64,000 nucleotides of DNA from Takakia lepidozioides (lineage: Eukaryota; Plantae; Bryophyta). Positions 1-13,552 of this stretch are shown here, in pieces; the stretch's first letter is position 1, and every line of letters begins with the position of its first letter. The DNA lies in the NCBI GenBank assembly GCA_030704615.1, contig CM060733.1, positions 36,704,001 to 36,768,000 of the forward strand, read 5' to 3'. The position numbers and the translations under genes are program-made. The notes beneath the pieces are model-generated. The model was not told the origin of the DNA. It saw only the letters and a list, made by a program, of their open reading frames with translations, and made no database searches.

Positions 1-428
1 ATTTGCATACAGTGCAGGCATGGCTGGGTGCCTAGTGTCTGGCAATTTTTGATCCTCCCTCACAGTTGCTTGAGCACCTGCGTATCATTCCGTACAACTT
101 TTCTACCAAAGGAATGTGACATATGCCCATATACTTCAATTGCACTTCTAGCACTAAGACTTCATGTCTCTTAAACGTACTTCTCAAAAGAGTCCATTTG
201 ATTCTGGTGGATGAAGTGGTGAGGATTCCAACTTTAGTTCTTCCCCCATCTATTACGCCTTGCAGATGGGACTGTCAAGCTCATGCTTAAGGTAACTATT
301 TACTTGTACTTGTAATGTGTTCTACAGTGTTCCTGGAAGCTGGGGCGGTCCTATCTCCATATAGCTACTCTGGGGCCTCGTAGCTTTGCAGGGCCATTAA
401 AGCTGACCACAAGTTGGGTTGCACACAG

Positions 429-1477
429 GACTTCATGGTCCAAGGTGGGGATCCCACAGGAACTGGTCGAGGGGGTGAATCCATCTATGGGTGCGTAAAA
501 CATCACACACTCAAGAGAAAGGCTTAGTTGAATATGTTAGTATGTGTGTTTTGGATAGTACAGATAATACATTTGATTTGATTTGGAGGTGGGCTCCAGT
601 GCAGATCTAAGTTTGAGGACGAACTTACACGGGAGCTGAAGCACACTGGGGCAGGTGTTTTGTCCATGGCCAATTCAGGACCTAATTCCAATGGCAGCCA
701 GTTTTTTATTACGCTTGCCCCCACCCCCTGGCTTGATGGTAAGACATTAAATTACATAAGTGATGAAATTACATGTGTGTCTGCATGTACAGGATCCATG
801 CAGACAGATTCCTTGTGGGGATTGGCCACAAAGCCAATCAAAAGACCTAAAGCCCACCTCGGATTATTTAGTCACTCATCTTAATTGAGTACATAGTAGT
901 ATAAGGAGGGGTGCATGTTCATCACCATGTTGCTAGCTTGGTTTGGGTGTCAAAACTAATGACTGTAGTGTGATCATGCTCTCTGTATGCCTTGCATTTG
1001 AGTAATGTATTCCGTATCAATTTTCAGATAGATACCGGAGCGTGTATTGCATCCTGCCGATTTTTGTAGTGATCATTGTGTCAGAAGGTGCTATTCCATC
1101 TGCAACAACTAAGAAAAGCGCATGTCTGACCATTGCAGGAAAGCACACAATCTTTGGCAGGGTTTGCACGGGAATGGACGTTTTGAAGCGCCTCGGCATT
1201 GTTGAAACGGACAAGAATGATCGGTGAGGCCTTGTCAGCAAATTATGTGCATGTATAGTGCTGGAATTAGAGCATGCAGCGAGTACGAACCCTCTCAATT
1301 TCCCTGTCATATCATGTTATCTTGAGAGCTTTTTCTCAACTTTGCCCCTACACGTGGTTAAACAACTGTTCTTGTTGTCTGAACTCTTCATTAGCATTTG
1401 CCAATGATATCTCTGTTTCTGGCTGTGGCAGACCTATCCATGATGTGAAGATCTTACGGACACTTGCAATAGATTGA
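429..1477 (+). CDS. Cyclophilin-type peptidyl-prolyl isomerase (PPIL1/CYP18-2-like), last four exons; 5' exons lie upstream of the window
   Basis: GT-AG exons 429-490, 605-738, 1139-1223, 1432-1477 splice in frame to [108 protein letters not shown]. Confidence 0.93.
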
Positions 1478-2336
1478 GGGCTTGGCTAGGAAGGCTCTCG
1501 CGTTGTTAGTGTCTCACACCCCGTCCTCTTTCTCAGTTCTTCCTGACTGTGGCCGGAGTGTTCAAGTCCTTCTGCATTGTTATTACTAGGAAGTCATGAT
1601 CAGCTGCAGGGAACTATTCCTGAGCTCCTCCCTCCGTCTCTCCCTCTCTTGTAGGAGAACATTCAAAGTAGGGCACGGCTAAGATGTAGAAAGAAGTTCA
1701 TGGGGTTTGATTCACAATGATGCCTCTTTCTGTCCTTTGTCATTCCTAAGACATTGTTTGAACGATTGAGCCACCAATTTCATGTTCATTAATCTAAACG
1801 GGCCATTAATTCGACTATTACGTTTTGCACAAGCCCAAAATATTCTACACAAGAATTATGTCTTTTAACTTGTTACCTAGTTATGTTTGTGCTTGAAGCC
1901 ACCTGCTTCACCTAGATTGTGCGTCATAACCTTAACCCTAAAAAAACGCCCACCACGCCCGTTTTGGGCTTTGGGTTTAGAAAATTCTGATTAACTTTTT
2001 ACATTTTTGGAATTGTGTGAAAAGAAAGTATAGTGTTCTTGGGCACCTGGCACACCAAAAACTCAGTGCCCGATTGCCTCGGATCTGCCAAGTTGCAAAG
2101 ACGCAAGGTGGTGGGTTCTCGTTGTTTCATTTTTCACACGGGTGTGAGAGAGGGAGAAAAACATGGGATTATTCCAGGTTTGACCAAGTGGCAACATCAC
2201 ATGCATTGGCCAAATTGGATACTTTTTGGCTTGTTGGACGAGGGATCTCAAGGGAATGAAACCCTGCTAATTTCACCTCAATCCACGTCACTCAAATCTC
2301 CAAAAAACTACCAAAAATGGATATGTCTCTAAAAAG

Positions 2337-2693
2337 GCCTCTCATTTTTAGATAATAGGGTCTTCAATGGGCACGTGCGATGTGGCCGGTGGGCCCCGCG
2401 CACGGACGCCAGGCTCCCCAGCACCCCGCCCGCCGCTGCGCGCGGTCGCCCAGCCGCGGACGCGGTTGCAGCAACCGCGCCCGCGCCCCCGTCCGCCGCG
2501 CGGCCAGCCCCCCGCCCAGCAGTCTGCCAGTCCGCCAGTCCGGTGCTGGCCAGTCCGCTACCCAGCAGTTTGCCAGTCCGCCAATCTGCCCGCCAGTCCA
2601 CTGGCCAGTCCCCTGCCATCCAGTCCGCTGACGGCGCATGATCGCCACCGTCCATTCCCATAACCCATCCGAGCCCTCCATTTTTAGGGCTGC
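2337..2693 (+). repeat. Left TIR of MULE-1 (~355 bp, GC-rich)
   Basis: Inverted match to 14291-14662, extending to GAGCCCTCCATTTTTAGGGCTGC. Confidence 0.92.
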
Positions 2694-2837
2694 AATTCAA
2701 ACCTGCATCCCTGCCGCCTGACACTTGCCAGCAGCCGCGAACGTGCGCACTGTTCTCCTGGCACGTTGTCGATCGTGTTTTGTACTGCGGCGCGTTTCTT
2801 GCATGTTCAGAAGCATGTCTTTTGTACTGTATAGGGC

Positions 2838-5800
2838 ATGGACGTGGAAGCAAAACCCGATGATATACTGATCACGGAAAGCCCGCTTATACGGCCTCTT
2901 CGACAATGTTTGCAAACAGCAAAACCAAGACCCTTCAACAGGAAGGATCTCCATTGGAAGAGTGAGACGCAATATGGGTTTATGGGTGTGCGAGTGAATG
3001 TTGAAAAGGCCTGCATACCTTGGGATAGAGTTGGTGACTTCGTCCTGGGAGAGGAGAGTTTGGAGGACTACCCCACTCAGTTTTGGGTAAATGTCCATTC
3101 TAAAGTGGAACCCGGCTCGCGAAAAGCACCCAGAGCCAACACATTTCTGTCCAGTGTTATGTGTGCACCATCCTCAGTCCTTTTGACGTTTCATTGCATG
3201 TCTGTTGCCATTTTTTGTTTCACGAGTTCTCTGATTTTATGCTTCCTCAAGTCGTTGGATATCGATTTTAGAATTTTCTGTCCAGGTATCAATGCTGTTA
3301 CGGTCCTGATGACAAGCGCACCAACAAGGCAATAGTGGAGGATCCAAAACAGAAGCGTGGAGGACCTTTTTTTGGGTGCTGGAACATCTTGCCCTCATAA
3401 AGGCCCAAGGAGAAAGAAGTCGAAGTATGGAGAGTCTTACAAACGTGGTTGCCAATGCTGTTTCAAGGTCCAGCAATGCTATCTCGCCCCTGACATCTGT
3501 GTCCTCACGTACTACAACAACATGGAGCATACAGATGCGCAAGGGAAACCCTCGCATGGGAAGTCCGCAGAGTTCAGGAACACCCGCCACGCCTATGCAC
3601 CACACATTAGCGAGGAATTGAAAGCCTGGGTCGTCGAGTGTTTGTGCCGAGGCCTGTCGGTCGCCCAAATCATGATGGAGCATAAAGAGCACGTGATGAA
3701 CAACACCGGCTTGGGCGATGCATGGACCCGCGATGATTTCTTGTTGGAGCAAGATGTTCGCAACCTTGCCGAGAAACGTGCGTGACAAACCTTCAAAAAG
3801 CACGCCGATGATGCAGAGAGTGTGCGCATGTGGAGAGACCAGAATCCTGCGTCCGTTTTTTTCTATCAAGAGGAGAAATTAGAGCCAACATTCGAGCATT
3901 TTGATGGAGATTTGACATTCACTATTGGCATAGACTCCGTGGCAGAAACGACGAATGCTGGAACTAGGACATGACCGTATCGTTGCATGTGATGCAACCT
4001 TTGGGACAAATCATGACAAGGTACTATTCGAACGATTCCATGGACTTGTACGAGCATGATAGCATAGTACCATGCAACATTCACATAATATTTGGTGTGC
4101 TGACCCTTTCTGTATGTTTAGGGTTGTGTACGTTGCGGAAGACCGAGAGGCAGACCCATTGTGAACCGCTACAGACCTCATCACTCTTATGAAGTCTTCT
4201 CGTGCAGAACTGAGCGGAATTTGCATGCTCTGACCATCTTACATTGTGCATTCCAACAGTTCCCATTGTACACGTTGATGGTCTTCGACGAGTGGTTGAA
4301 CGGTATACCAGTTGCCTATATCCTATCCGCGAGGAATCGGACAAGAGACCTGGTTCCGTGGATGAGAGCCTTGCGCGATTCACTCCTCGCAGATTTGCCG
4401 AGCTGGCGACCCAATGCCTTCATTGTGGACGATGCCGAAGCAGAAATCAACGTTATTCGGTAAGTCTGTTGGTCCACAGCACCGGTCCATTGTCGAGGTC
4501 CACTGCAGCAGTCCATTGCTACAGTCCACTGGCAGACTCCTGTGGCGAAACCCGATGGCAGTTCGCTGGGCAAATCCACTGGTAGTCCGCTGTCAAGTCC
4601 GGTCATCAGTCCCCTGGCAAGTCCGCTGGCAGTCTCCGGCAAGTCCACTCGGCAGTCCCTGGCAAGTCCGCTCGACAGTCCGCTGTGGCAGTCCAATAGG
4701 CAGTCCGCTGATGCAGTCCGCTGCCCCAGTCCTAGCTAGGGGAAGTCCAATGGGGAAGTCCACTGGGTAGTCCAATGGGGTTATTCCAGCACATCAACGT
4801 CATGGCATTGTACTGTCCACTGGCGAGTCCAGTGGCTCTGCCCGCTGATACAGGTCGCTGTTACAGTCCACTCCGGCAGTCCACCATTGCAGTCCGATCC
4901 CAAGACTCTAATGTGTACCATGTGTGTTGTGCAGAATTGTTTTTGAAGGAGTACTCATTTTCCTCTGCCTTTGGCATGTCCGCAAGGCATGGGTGAAGCA
5001 ATCATGCAAGAAAACGAAGGATCCGGTGACCGCTGTAAACTTGTTGAAGGATATGGGAGACCTCATGTACTGTAGAGGGGGACCACGCAACGAGAAAAGA
5101 GCGCTTCGGTGGGTTGCAAGGAGAATCCGTCGTATGAGGTCAAAATACCCGAAAGGACATGAATTTCTTGACTATATCGAACAGTACTGGAAGCCCAAAA
5201 TAGCAATGTGGTGTACAGCAGCCCGCCATGTCCCTCATGCGAGCCAAGACACAAACGCAAGCATTGAGGCATACCATGGAAATCTGAAGGCAAGACTTGC
5301 CATGGGGAAAGGCAAGATGAGTGGTCGTAGAGTGGACTGGCTTATATGGTGGTACGCAATCCATTTGAAGACCACGGGTTCATAAGAAATGACAAACACG
5401 AAAAGTACATATCCAGTTCTATACTTGCGGCACGAGACATTCCTGCTGAGAGTGTTACTCTTCCCTTGGGTCCTGGTGAACCAGCCTACGTTCTCAGCAG
5501 CAACCACCCCGGCACAACATACATTGTTTACAATCCTGATTGCGATTGGGGTTGTTGCACGTGCCCATGGGCAATGAAGGGAAACTTATGCAAGCATCAG
5601 GTCCGTGTCCTGAAGATGCTTCACCCTGACCTGCAGGATGGCCTCCTTGTGCGCGCTTGTGGCACGGCGCTGGGAACCATTCATGGAGGATTACCTAACT
5701 TGCTCTTGGGCAATGGTGCCGGCGGCAACGACGAATCCAATCAGTTCATGGAAAGACATCCTCCGGACGACTTCCCCTACGACGAGGCACCTCTGGAGGT

Positions 5801-6158
5801 CTCAGCCTCATTGGAACAAGAATTCGCGGACATACTTCGCATTGTAGGTGATGACAAATACCTGGAGGCACATGCCCGATCTGCTCTTCATATGTGCAGA
5901 GGGCAGCTCGTTGATATCCTGGCGAAAAGTGCGGCTGGAATGTTGCACCCTGCGGCAGCGAAGGCTTTCCGTCCTCTGAACGACAACAACAACATGTCTC
6001 TGAAAAGGAGACGAGATTTCGTGGAGGCCTGGAAAACCCGGCCTAGGGTTTTGCGGAGAACCAGCAAGAGGGTGTCTGCACCTGCACCTGCAGCACATAT
6101 ATACTCGAAAATTCGCAAGGTTTCAGGTCGTGTAGATGTCACGAAGAAGACAATATAA
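2838..6158 (+). pseudogene. MULE-1 transposase (DDE + SWIM zinc finger), degenerate
   Basis: Motifs CDATFGTN, FPLYTLMVFD, AFIVDDAEAE, LCLWHVRKAW, DTNASIEAYH and SWIM CTCPWAMKGNLCKH. Introns include 4022-4259 and 4460-4934. In-frame TGA at 3783-3785; frameshifts near 3350, 3932 and 5350. Confidence 0.9.
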
Positions 6159-6368
6159 GTCTGCAATGCCTCGAAAAGAGACAAGGTTTCACGTCGTGTA
6201 GGTGTCACGGAGAAGACAATATAAGTCTGCAATTCCTCGAAAAGAGACAAGGTTTCATATCGTGTAGGTGTCACGAAGAAGACAATATAAGTCTGCAATT
6301 CCTCGAAAAGAGACAAGGTTTCATGTCGTGTAGGTGTCACGAAAAAAGACAATATAAGTCTGCAATTC
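6116..6368 (+). repeat. 66-bp tandem repeat, ~3.8 copies, overlapping the transposase stop codon
   Basis: CAAGGTTTC recurs at 6116, 6182, 6248 and 6314. Confidence 0.9.
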
Positions 6369-6901
6369 TTCTGGTAGCATTGTCCCTTTCTGAAATACAA
6401 GTCCGCAATGGACTTTTGCACAGTCTCCCAACGGACTCCTCCAGTCTTCCAACTGACTCCCACACAGTCTCCCAAGCATAGTCTCCCAACGGACTCACGC
6501 ATAATCTCCCAACAGAGTCACAGTCAACAGACTGCGAGCGCCAGTAAGCCAGTCTGCTGCCCACTCCAAAACTTTGCTCACCACACTTCCACCTCATCCT
6601 TGCAACTTATGCCAATCCAGCGTCCCAGCGGACTCATGGACATGGTGCCTCCCAGACTAGGTACCAGACCCAGCAGTCCTAGCCTCGGCAGCGTACTGCT
6701 CGCACATTCAAGCTCAGCAGACTCGGGTGCACAGTGCATGGAAAAATTGACACCATTGTGTCCATTGAGTTTAGTGACAACATTACAAAACATGCCAGCA
6801 CCCACAGTACACAAAAGTGCTCATCACCACTGGAATAGTAAGCGAAAAGACTCGCATTTTTTATTTCGGTACATAGACTTCACAGGACAAGTACATCATA
6901 C

Positions 6902-9900
6902 TCATGAGAGCAGTTTCTCTACATTGTCCAACCCCCGCACGATATACTGGGCACACTGCATTCGCTGCCCAAGTGCAAACTTGAAAGAAAACCAGTCCTT
7001 CTCTGGCTTTGCAGTCTTGGAGACATTTGCTCTGACTTTTACCCACTCATAAAACACTTGAATGAATGACATGACGTAAAAGCCACACTCCCAGCTGAAT
7101 GGTTGCTGGGGCACATCAGGCGCGTGGAACTGAAATGCTTGGACAATCTCATGCCACTCTGGTGAGTCCATCGAGTACCCTAAGCACTGCGCATGAAGCT
7201 TCCGAATCCACCCTAGAACAAAGGGACATTTATGCAAGTCCCTGATAGAGTTCAGGTGAGTGTAACAGCCCTTGCGGAGGTCGATGATACAAACACTCCA
7301 GTGCCCCCTGCAATGGTATCAAACAACATGGCGTCATTGCACAATCATGATGGGCAGACTCAGCAGACTGACACTCAGCAAACCGACCACTCAGCAGACT
7401 CAATCTTCAAACCCAGTCCACTGCACAAATACAGAGGTCAACTTAATCGCTCAGAGTCAAGACGACACTGCGAAACCAGACTATGACTCAGGAGACAGTC
7501 TCAGCAGACTCAGAAGAGTTCTTACTCGTCCCCAATTGGCACCAAAATGAAATCGCACTCTTTCAAGTCCTTGCCCAGTCGTTCAGTGCTGAGGCAACCT
7601 TTCAAGACCTCCAGAAGGCTTTCATGTTGCCCCACCCCCAATGACTTCAACACCGTCCACGTCGACGTTGAAAGAACAGCAATAGTGTTGGTGAACGCAG
7701 CCTCAACCGACTTCTCATAGAATCGACACCACAGCTCCAGGAGTCTATCTGTGCACTCCGACTCAACCTTCTGGACCGCCTTTATGTCATCCGGCGACAG
7801 TCCGCATTCAAACCGTGGGTCCCCTTCAAAAAACATCAGCATGGAATTACCCGCCTTCACGTGCAGAGCATGTGCTTTGCCAAACCGAGCACCCATCCTG
7901 CACAGAGCAGACCATCCTTCGGGAAGCCTCATGTACTGAACAGACTGACGTCAACATGGTACCAAACACTCTACAGGCTGAACAATTCATCAGACTGACA
8001 AGACTAACCACAACAGACAATGATGAAACCAGCAGCAGACTGACCAGCGTGCAGACTGACCACAACAGAGCGCAAAGCACTTAACGACAAAGACAGACGA
8101 GGAGACTGAGCACAGTACTCACCTGTGCTGCTCCAGGAAACGACCCACATCTTTGTCCATGTCCAAGGCCAGCTTGCGGTTCTTGTTCATAAAGACGCCA
8201 GACTTTTTCTTCGCCGGTCTCTTGGTACTCGGACCCTCCTCGACCTCCTCAGCATGGTCCACGACAGTCCGCTTCTTGGCTTTGCCTCTCCCCTGGGAAG
8301 CAGGGACAGCTGTAGGCGGGCTGGATAGAGCAGACAAACGCAGCGCTGCCGCCCTACTTCGCAACAGAGGCTGGTCAGCAGGTTTGTTTACACTTGCTGG
8401 ACCTGTCTTTGCAGCTTCGTGGGTCGCATGCGTAGAACTGACCCGCGCATCGGGGGGCGTGCTCACCCCCACACCTTTCTTGGTTGTCGATCCCACGTTT
8501 GCAGCATGGGCGGAAGATGTCATGTCCTCAGAAGTAGACAGTCTGCCGACGGAGGGACGAACATCCTGTGAGGATACCGAGCAAAATGTCGAATTAGCCC
8601 AATTTCACAATGTGCTAAAACATAAACAACAGTGCTGAAAGAGGAAATGGCACAACCTGCCCAAGGGGTGAGGGAGCAGACTCCATGTAATCCAGCGCTA
8701 TACCAGACGGTGTCTGCGCCGCATGTGGTTCCTTGTCAGTGTGCCTGCCAGCATGTTCAGTCTGTTGCTCAATGTGGGCAGTCTGCTCGGCCGCCGGTTC
8801 TTCGTCAGTCCTTTCGTCTGTGAACTGTGCAGTCTGCTGGCAACTCTGCGGTTCAGTCTCTTCCTCAATGTGGGCAATGTGCTCGGTGGCAGGTTGGTCG
8901 TCAGTCCTTCCCTCTGTGAAGTGTGCAGTGTGCTGGTCAGGCCGTGCAATCTGAACTGTGCAGTCAGAGCTGAGCTGTGCAGTCTGCCGCTCCGAGCCAT
9001 CCTGGTCAGTCCTTCCATCTGTGACCTGTGCAGTCTGCTGGTTAGTCTGCGGTTCAGTCTGCTCATCAATGAAGACAGTATGCTGCCCCGCCACAGGTTG
9101 CTCGGCAGTCCTTCCATGTGTCCACTGTTCAGTGTGCTGGTCAGTCTGGTGGACAGCCGGCTGGGTGTTCGGATCTCCATGGACTTGGGAAACATCAAGA
9201 ACATGTATGGAAGACCCACCGGCAATTGCTTCCTCAGACTCTTCTGTAAGATCTATGATACGGTTTTGCGTTCCCAGATTGAGTTCGGTCATCACGTAAG
9301 ACTCATCTATGGCTTTCGCCACTGAGCGCACGAAAACGGGACTAACCTGGAAGGTCATAGAAGGCAGGCCACGGGGAGCTGGATAAGAATGCTTTACCGG
9401 TGACCTGATGACGTCGTCAGTGAATGTGCCTGGGGGAAAGTGGACTCGGTCAAAACACTCATCCAAAAAACATGTTGTTGGGAACTCAGCAGAAATTCGT
9501 CCACAGGGTCCCGGTGAGGCCAGTGCATCCGAGTCTGTTGCACAATCCAGGGAACAGACTGGCTGTTAGTCTCCTGGATAGTCTGCTCGGCCATCTGCTG
9601 AGTGGGTTTCGTCAGTGTGCTGCACAGTCTGCTGAGGGGCAATCTGCTGGCTGGATTCGTCGGTCTGCTGCACGGTCTGCTGTACAGTTTGCTGAGGGGC
9701 AGTCTGGTGGCCATGTTCGCTGGTCTGCTGCACAGTCGGCTGAGGGGCAGTCTGTTGGCCGGTCTGTTCTCCGGTCTGCTGCAAAGTCTGCAAAGTTCGC
9801 TGCCCGCTCAGTACTGTTTGCACATACTGATGTGTGTGCGGGGCAGTCTGCTGGGAGTGATCCGGCCTATTACCCGGGACGGTCTGGTGCACATGCTCGG

Positions 9901-11400
9901 TCTCCAGCACTTGGGCAGTCTGCCCACATGTGTCGTGGGGAATATGTTGTTCGACATTCTTGTGGCCAGTCTGCTGGACAGTCTCCCGAACTCCTTGTAA
10001 AGCCAGGACAAGGTCCCTTGCACCTCTGGCAAAAGAGTCGAAAGCAGCCTGCACTTGCTTGTCTCCCAGATCAACTCGCCCTGCAACACATGTTTATGCA
10101 AATGTGAACTTGTAAAAAAGTTGGCAAAAGAAATTGAGCTGAAACACGAAAGTTGCCCATAACATTTTACCTTCCAAGAGATTTCCGACGAGGCCAATGT
10201 CCTTGATTTGCCGGCACAGGCATGCTCCATCGAGATGAGCAATGGCGCCGATGCGGTCTTCAGTTGGGATCCCACACCACAGGACTTTGAAGACATTGGG
10301 ATTCTGCAAAACAATGTCGAATACTGCTCGCTCCATCACCAATGCAAACCAGTGCAATGCGTCATCCACCACAAACTTCTGTGAATGGTCTGTTCCATGG
10401 AGTAAGTCCATCCTCAAACTATGCAGATCCTTCATCAACTTGTTGTATGAGCGGAAATTGCCAAATTGCATCCATCTGTGTTGTAGGAAGGAAGCTGCCA
10501 TGCGCTCAAAGTCCTCCTCAGTCAATCCGAACAAGTGCTTTCTTCGCACCCCAAAGGTTGGATGTGCCATAGGCATATGTCTGAGGTCTTCAGGCCGTGG
10601 GTCATCCATGAGAATCAGCTGCACAAGTAGAGGCGGCGCATTTTGGTCGTTTGTGGCTTCAATGGCAACAGCAGAGGCGGCTTCTAGAACATGGTTGGCT
10701 TCCTCAATAGAAAACTCCATGGAATAATGAAAGGGTACAAATGACCACCGGCGGTCCGCAACAATCCGGTGGAGCTCATTATGCCAATCCAAATGGGGAT
10801 TAATTTCTCCCACCCTAAGCCGGGGAAGTGTGAGGTCTTCAGCTCCGGGTCGAATTACCGGTGATGGCGATCGCCAAACTGCAAAAAGCGTCGTGCTATG
10901 TGAGAGAAAGGCAGTCTGCTGGTCAGTCGCTGGTCCGCAGTCTGTTGGATGACAGGACTTCCCATTGGCATGGGCTGCATGATGGGCTCCTGGAGAGGAG
11001 TCTGCAGGATGACAGGCTGCTCGTTGGGAGTCTGCTCTATTGGAGTCTGCTGGATGACAGGCTGCTGAACGGGAGTCTGCTGGATGACGGCCTGCTGAAG
11101 GGAGTCTGCTGGATGGCAGACTCGGCTGTCCCAGACGCATTCCCCCCCGACGCGTCTTCAATATGTAATGCCGCTATAGCAGCAGATGACCCAGGATACT
11201 TCAATAATATGTACTCTCGCACGCGGTCCACTTCCGCACGCACTGCAGTCGCTTGTAAAGGAGCATCATTGCTAGGTATCCGCCAAGCCTGAATGGCCCT
11301 ACGAATAGAAACACGTTCATCCTGGTACACGGCAGAGAACTTCGACGTCAGGAACATGGACGTGGACTCTATATTCACCTCATGCAGCGGACTGGACTCA
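6902..11400 (-). CDS. MULE-1 second gene: unknown N-terminal domain + Q/T-rich spacer + C-terminal Ulp1-like (peptidase C48) protease; multi-exon, probably with frameshifts; 5' end approximate
   Basis: The spliced junction 7526/7307 gives DFILVPIGDE-GHWSVCIIDLRKGCYTHLNSI...VPQQPFSWECGFYVMSFI (His, oxyanion Gln and Cys of Ulp1). Upstream ORF pieces 7522-7932, 8119-8523, 8615-9466, 9566-10054 and 10094-11161 are linked by plausible splice sites or frameshifts. Confidence 0.75.
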
Positions 11401-11601
11401 CAGACCAACAGACTGACGTGCGTACGTAGGGTGGAGGCAACTAGTAGACTATACCAGTGGACTGGACCAGCGGACTGACAAACGGACTCAGTAAGTAATG
11501 CAGCGATATAAAACAGACTAACTGACGAGCGGACTGAGCCAGCGGACTGAGGAGAGAACGCAGGGGACTGACCAGACTGAATAGGCAACGTGATGATGGA
11601 C

Positions 11602-12690
11602 TCAAACAGCACAGAGAACAGACTGGGCGGTCAGACTGACCATTACCTCCTCTACTTCATCATCGTCATCTTCATCTTCAAAGCTGTTCAACCAGTTCTG
11701 TTCCGTCTGTCGGATTAATGTGCGTAGTAGACCTGACTGGGCAACTCTGTAGAAATAACGGAAGAAGTCTGGATCCCCAATTGGTGGGCACTCTGGTGGG
11801 AAAAGCCCAAAGTCAACGAGGCGCAATGTGCCAGGGCAGACTGGCCCTTCAGTGCTCTGTTGAGGTTTTGGTTTTGACCCTAAACCGATGGCATGGGTCG
11901 CGATATTTGTGTGAGTCTGCTGCCGAGTCTGGTCAGGCAAGTCAATGTCCACTGGACTTGTCACCCCTTCCAGGCCCTGAGCAGATTCACTTTCAGTATC
12001 AATACTGATGGTGTGGGTCTGCCGCCCAGGACGGGGTTCAGTCTGTTGCGTGGATTTTGCCCTTGCCTCGTGAGCAGACCTTGCAGCCTTCTCCTTTTTT
12101 TGCCTCTCCTTTTTTTAGGCCCCATCACTCAGTTTACGTTTTCTGGGAGTGTCCAGCGTTCCCTGCACTTGCAAATCCTCCATTGACGGGCCACCACAAT
12201 GGACGCCATACCGTGCGCGCACTTCGTCTAATTCCAAAGTGCGGGGGTCAAGCACTGATCCGCGCAAGCGCATTGTGGCATCTTTGACAATCGACATTTC
12301 TTTCAGTATCGGCCAAGGCTTGAAATCCCGTGCAATCATTGCAACAGTCTCCTTGCAACCCGTGTCAACACAATGCCGATTTAGTTGGATTTTGTCCTTG
12401 ATTACCTCTTCACAGAGTGGACAGAAGAGCTTGTCCTTCTGCCAATTCGAGTTTTTGGGCTTCCGGGCGCGGAGGTCTACAAATGCTTCCACTATTTTAT
12501 GATCAAACTCGTCTGGTGAGTACCAGTACCTTCGCTCCTTCTTCAGTCTGGTTTGGTGCACAAAATCCAACCAGTCCGCTCCACCTTTTTCACAAGCATC
12601 CTCCATCGCTGCAGAATGAAACGAAGGTGCAAGGACAATGAGCGACAGAGTGACAGATAGAAGTCCTATGAAAAGACTCACCCTAAGCAA
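11602..12690 (-). CDS. MULE-1 upstream ORF(s) with a putative zinc finger; may be 5' exons of the Ulp1 gene or a third gene
   Basis: ORF 12115-12690 contains CPLCEEVIKDKIQLNRHCVDTGC and a basic patch PRKRK. ORF 11602-11964 has an acidic tract. Confidence 0.45.
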
Positions 12691-12737
12691 GAAGAGGACA
12701 CAGAATGGAATGGAAACACCGCAGCAAGTGAGAATCA

Positions 12738-13552
12738 GAAGTCAAACAGACTTAGTGCAACAGACTTCCGACACAACAGACTGACAAATTCACAAGTGCA
12801 ACAGACTGGTATCCCAACAGACGGACTTCCAGCTGACCGCCTCCAAACTGACTGTTATGCACGCGATAAGGGGAATATCCGGAGCACTGACGGGCCAGCG
12901 GACCCACTGTGAACAGACTCGCGACACAACAGACTGATGCATGCACAGTCCAACAGACTGATATCCATAGAGGAGAACTGTCCAGCAGACGGACGTTTTG
13001 CCAGACTGGCGGGAGAACAAGCCAAAAGACTGACCGGAGGGAAAATAAGAAGTCAAACAGACTTAGTGCAACAGACTTCCGACACAACAGACTGATAAAT
13101 TCACAAGTGCAATAGACTGATATCCCAATAGACGGACTTCCAGCAGACCGCCTCCAAACTAACTGTTATGCACGCGATAAAGGGAATATCCGGAGCACTG
13201 ACGGGCCAGCGGACCCACTGTGAACAGACTCGCGACACAACAGACTGATGCATGCACAGTCCAACAGACTGATATCCATAGAGGAGAACTGTCCAGCAGA
13301 CGGACGTTTCGCCAGACTGGCGGGAGAACAAGCCAAAAGACTGACCGGAGGGAAAATAAGAAGTCAAACAAACTTAGTGCAACAGACTTCCGACACAACA
13401 GACTGATAAATTCACAAGTGCAACAGACTGATATCCCAATAGACGAACTTCCAGCAGACCGCCTCCAAACTAACTGTTATGCACGCGATAAGGGGAATAT
13501 CCGGAGCACTGACGGGCCAGTGGACCCACTGTGAACAGACTCCGACACAACG
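12738..13552 (+). repeat. 311-bp tandem repeat, ~2.6 copies, inside MULE-1
   Basis: GTCAAACA(G/A)ACTTAGTGCAACAGACTTCCGACAC at 12741, 13052 and 13363. Confidence 0.92.

Noticed and set aside
2329-2853. Overlapping ORFs in the TIRs (also 14031-14651 and 53479-54647)
   Set aside because: They are by-products of GC-rich repeats, open in several frames on both strands with no domain signal.
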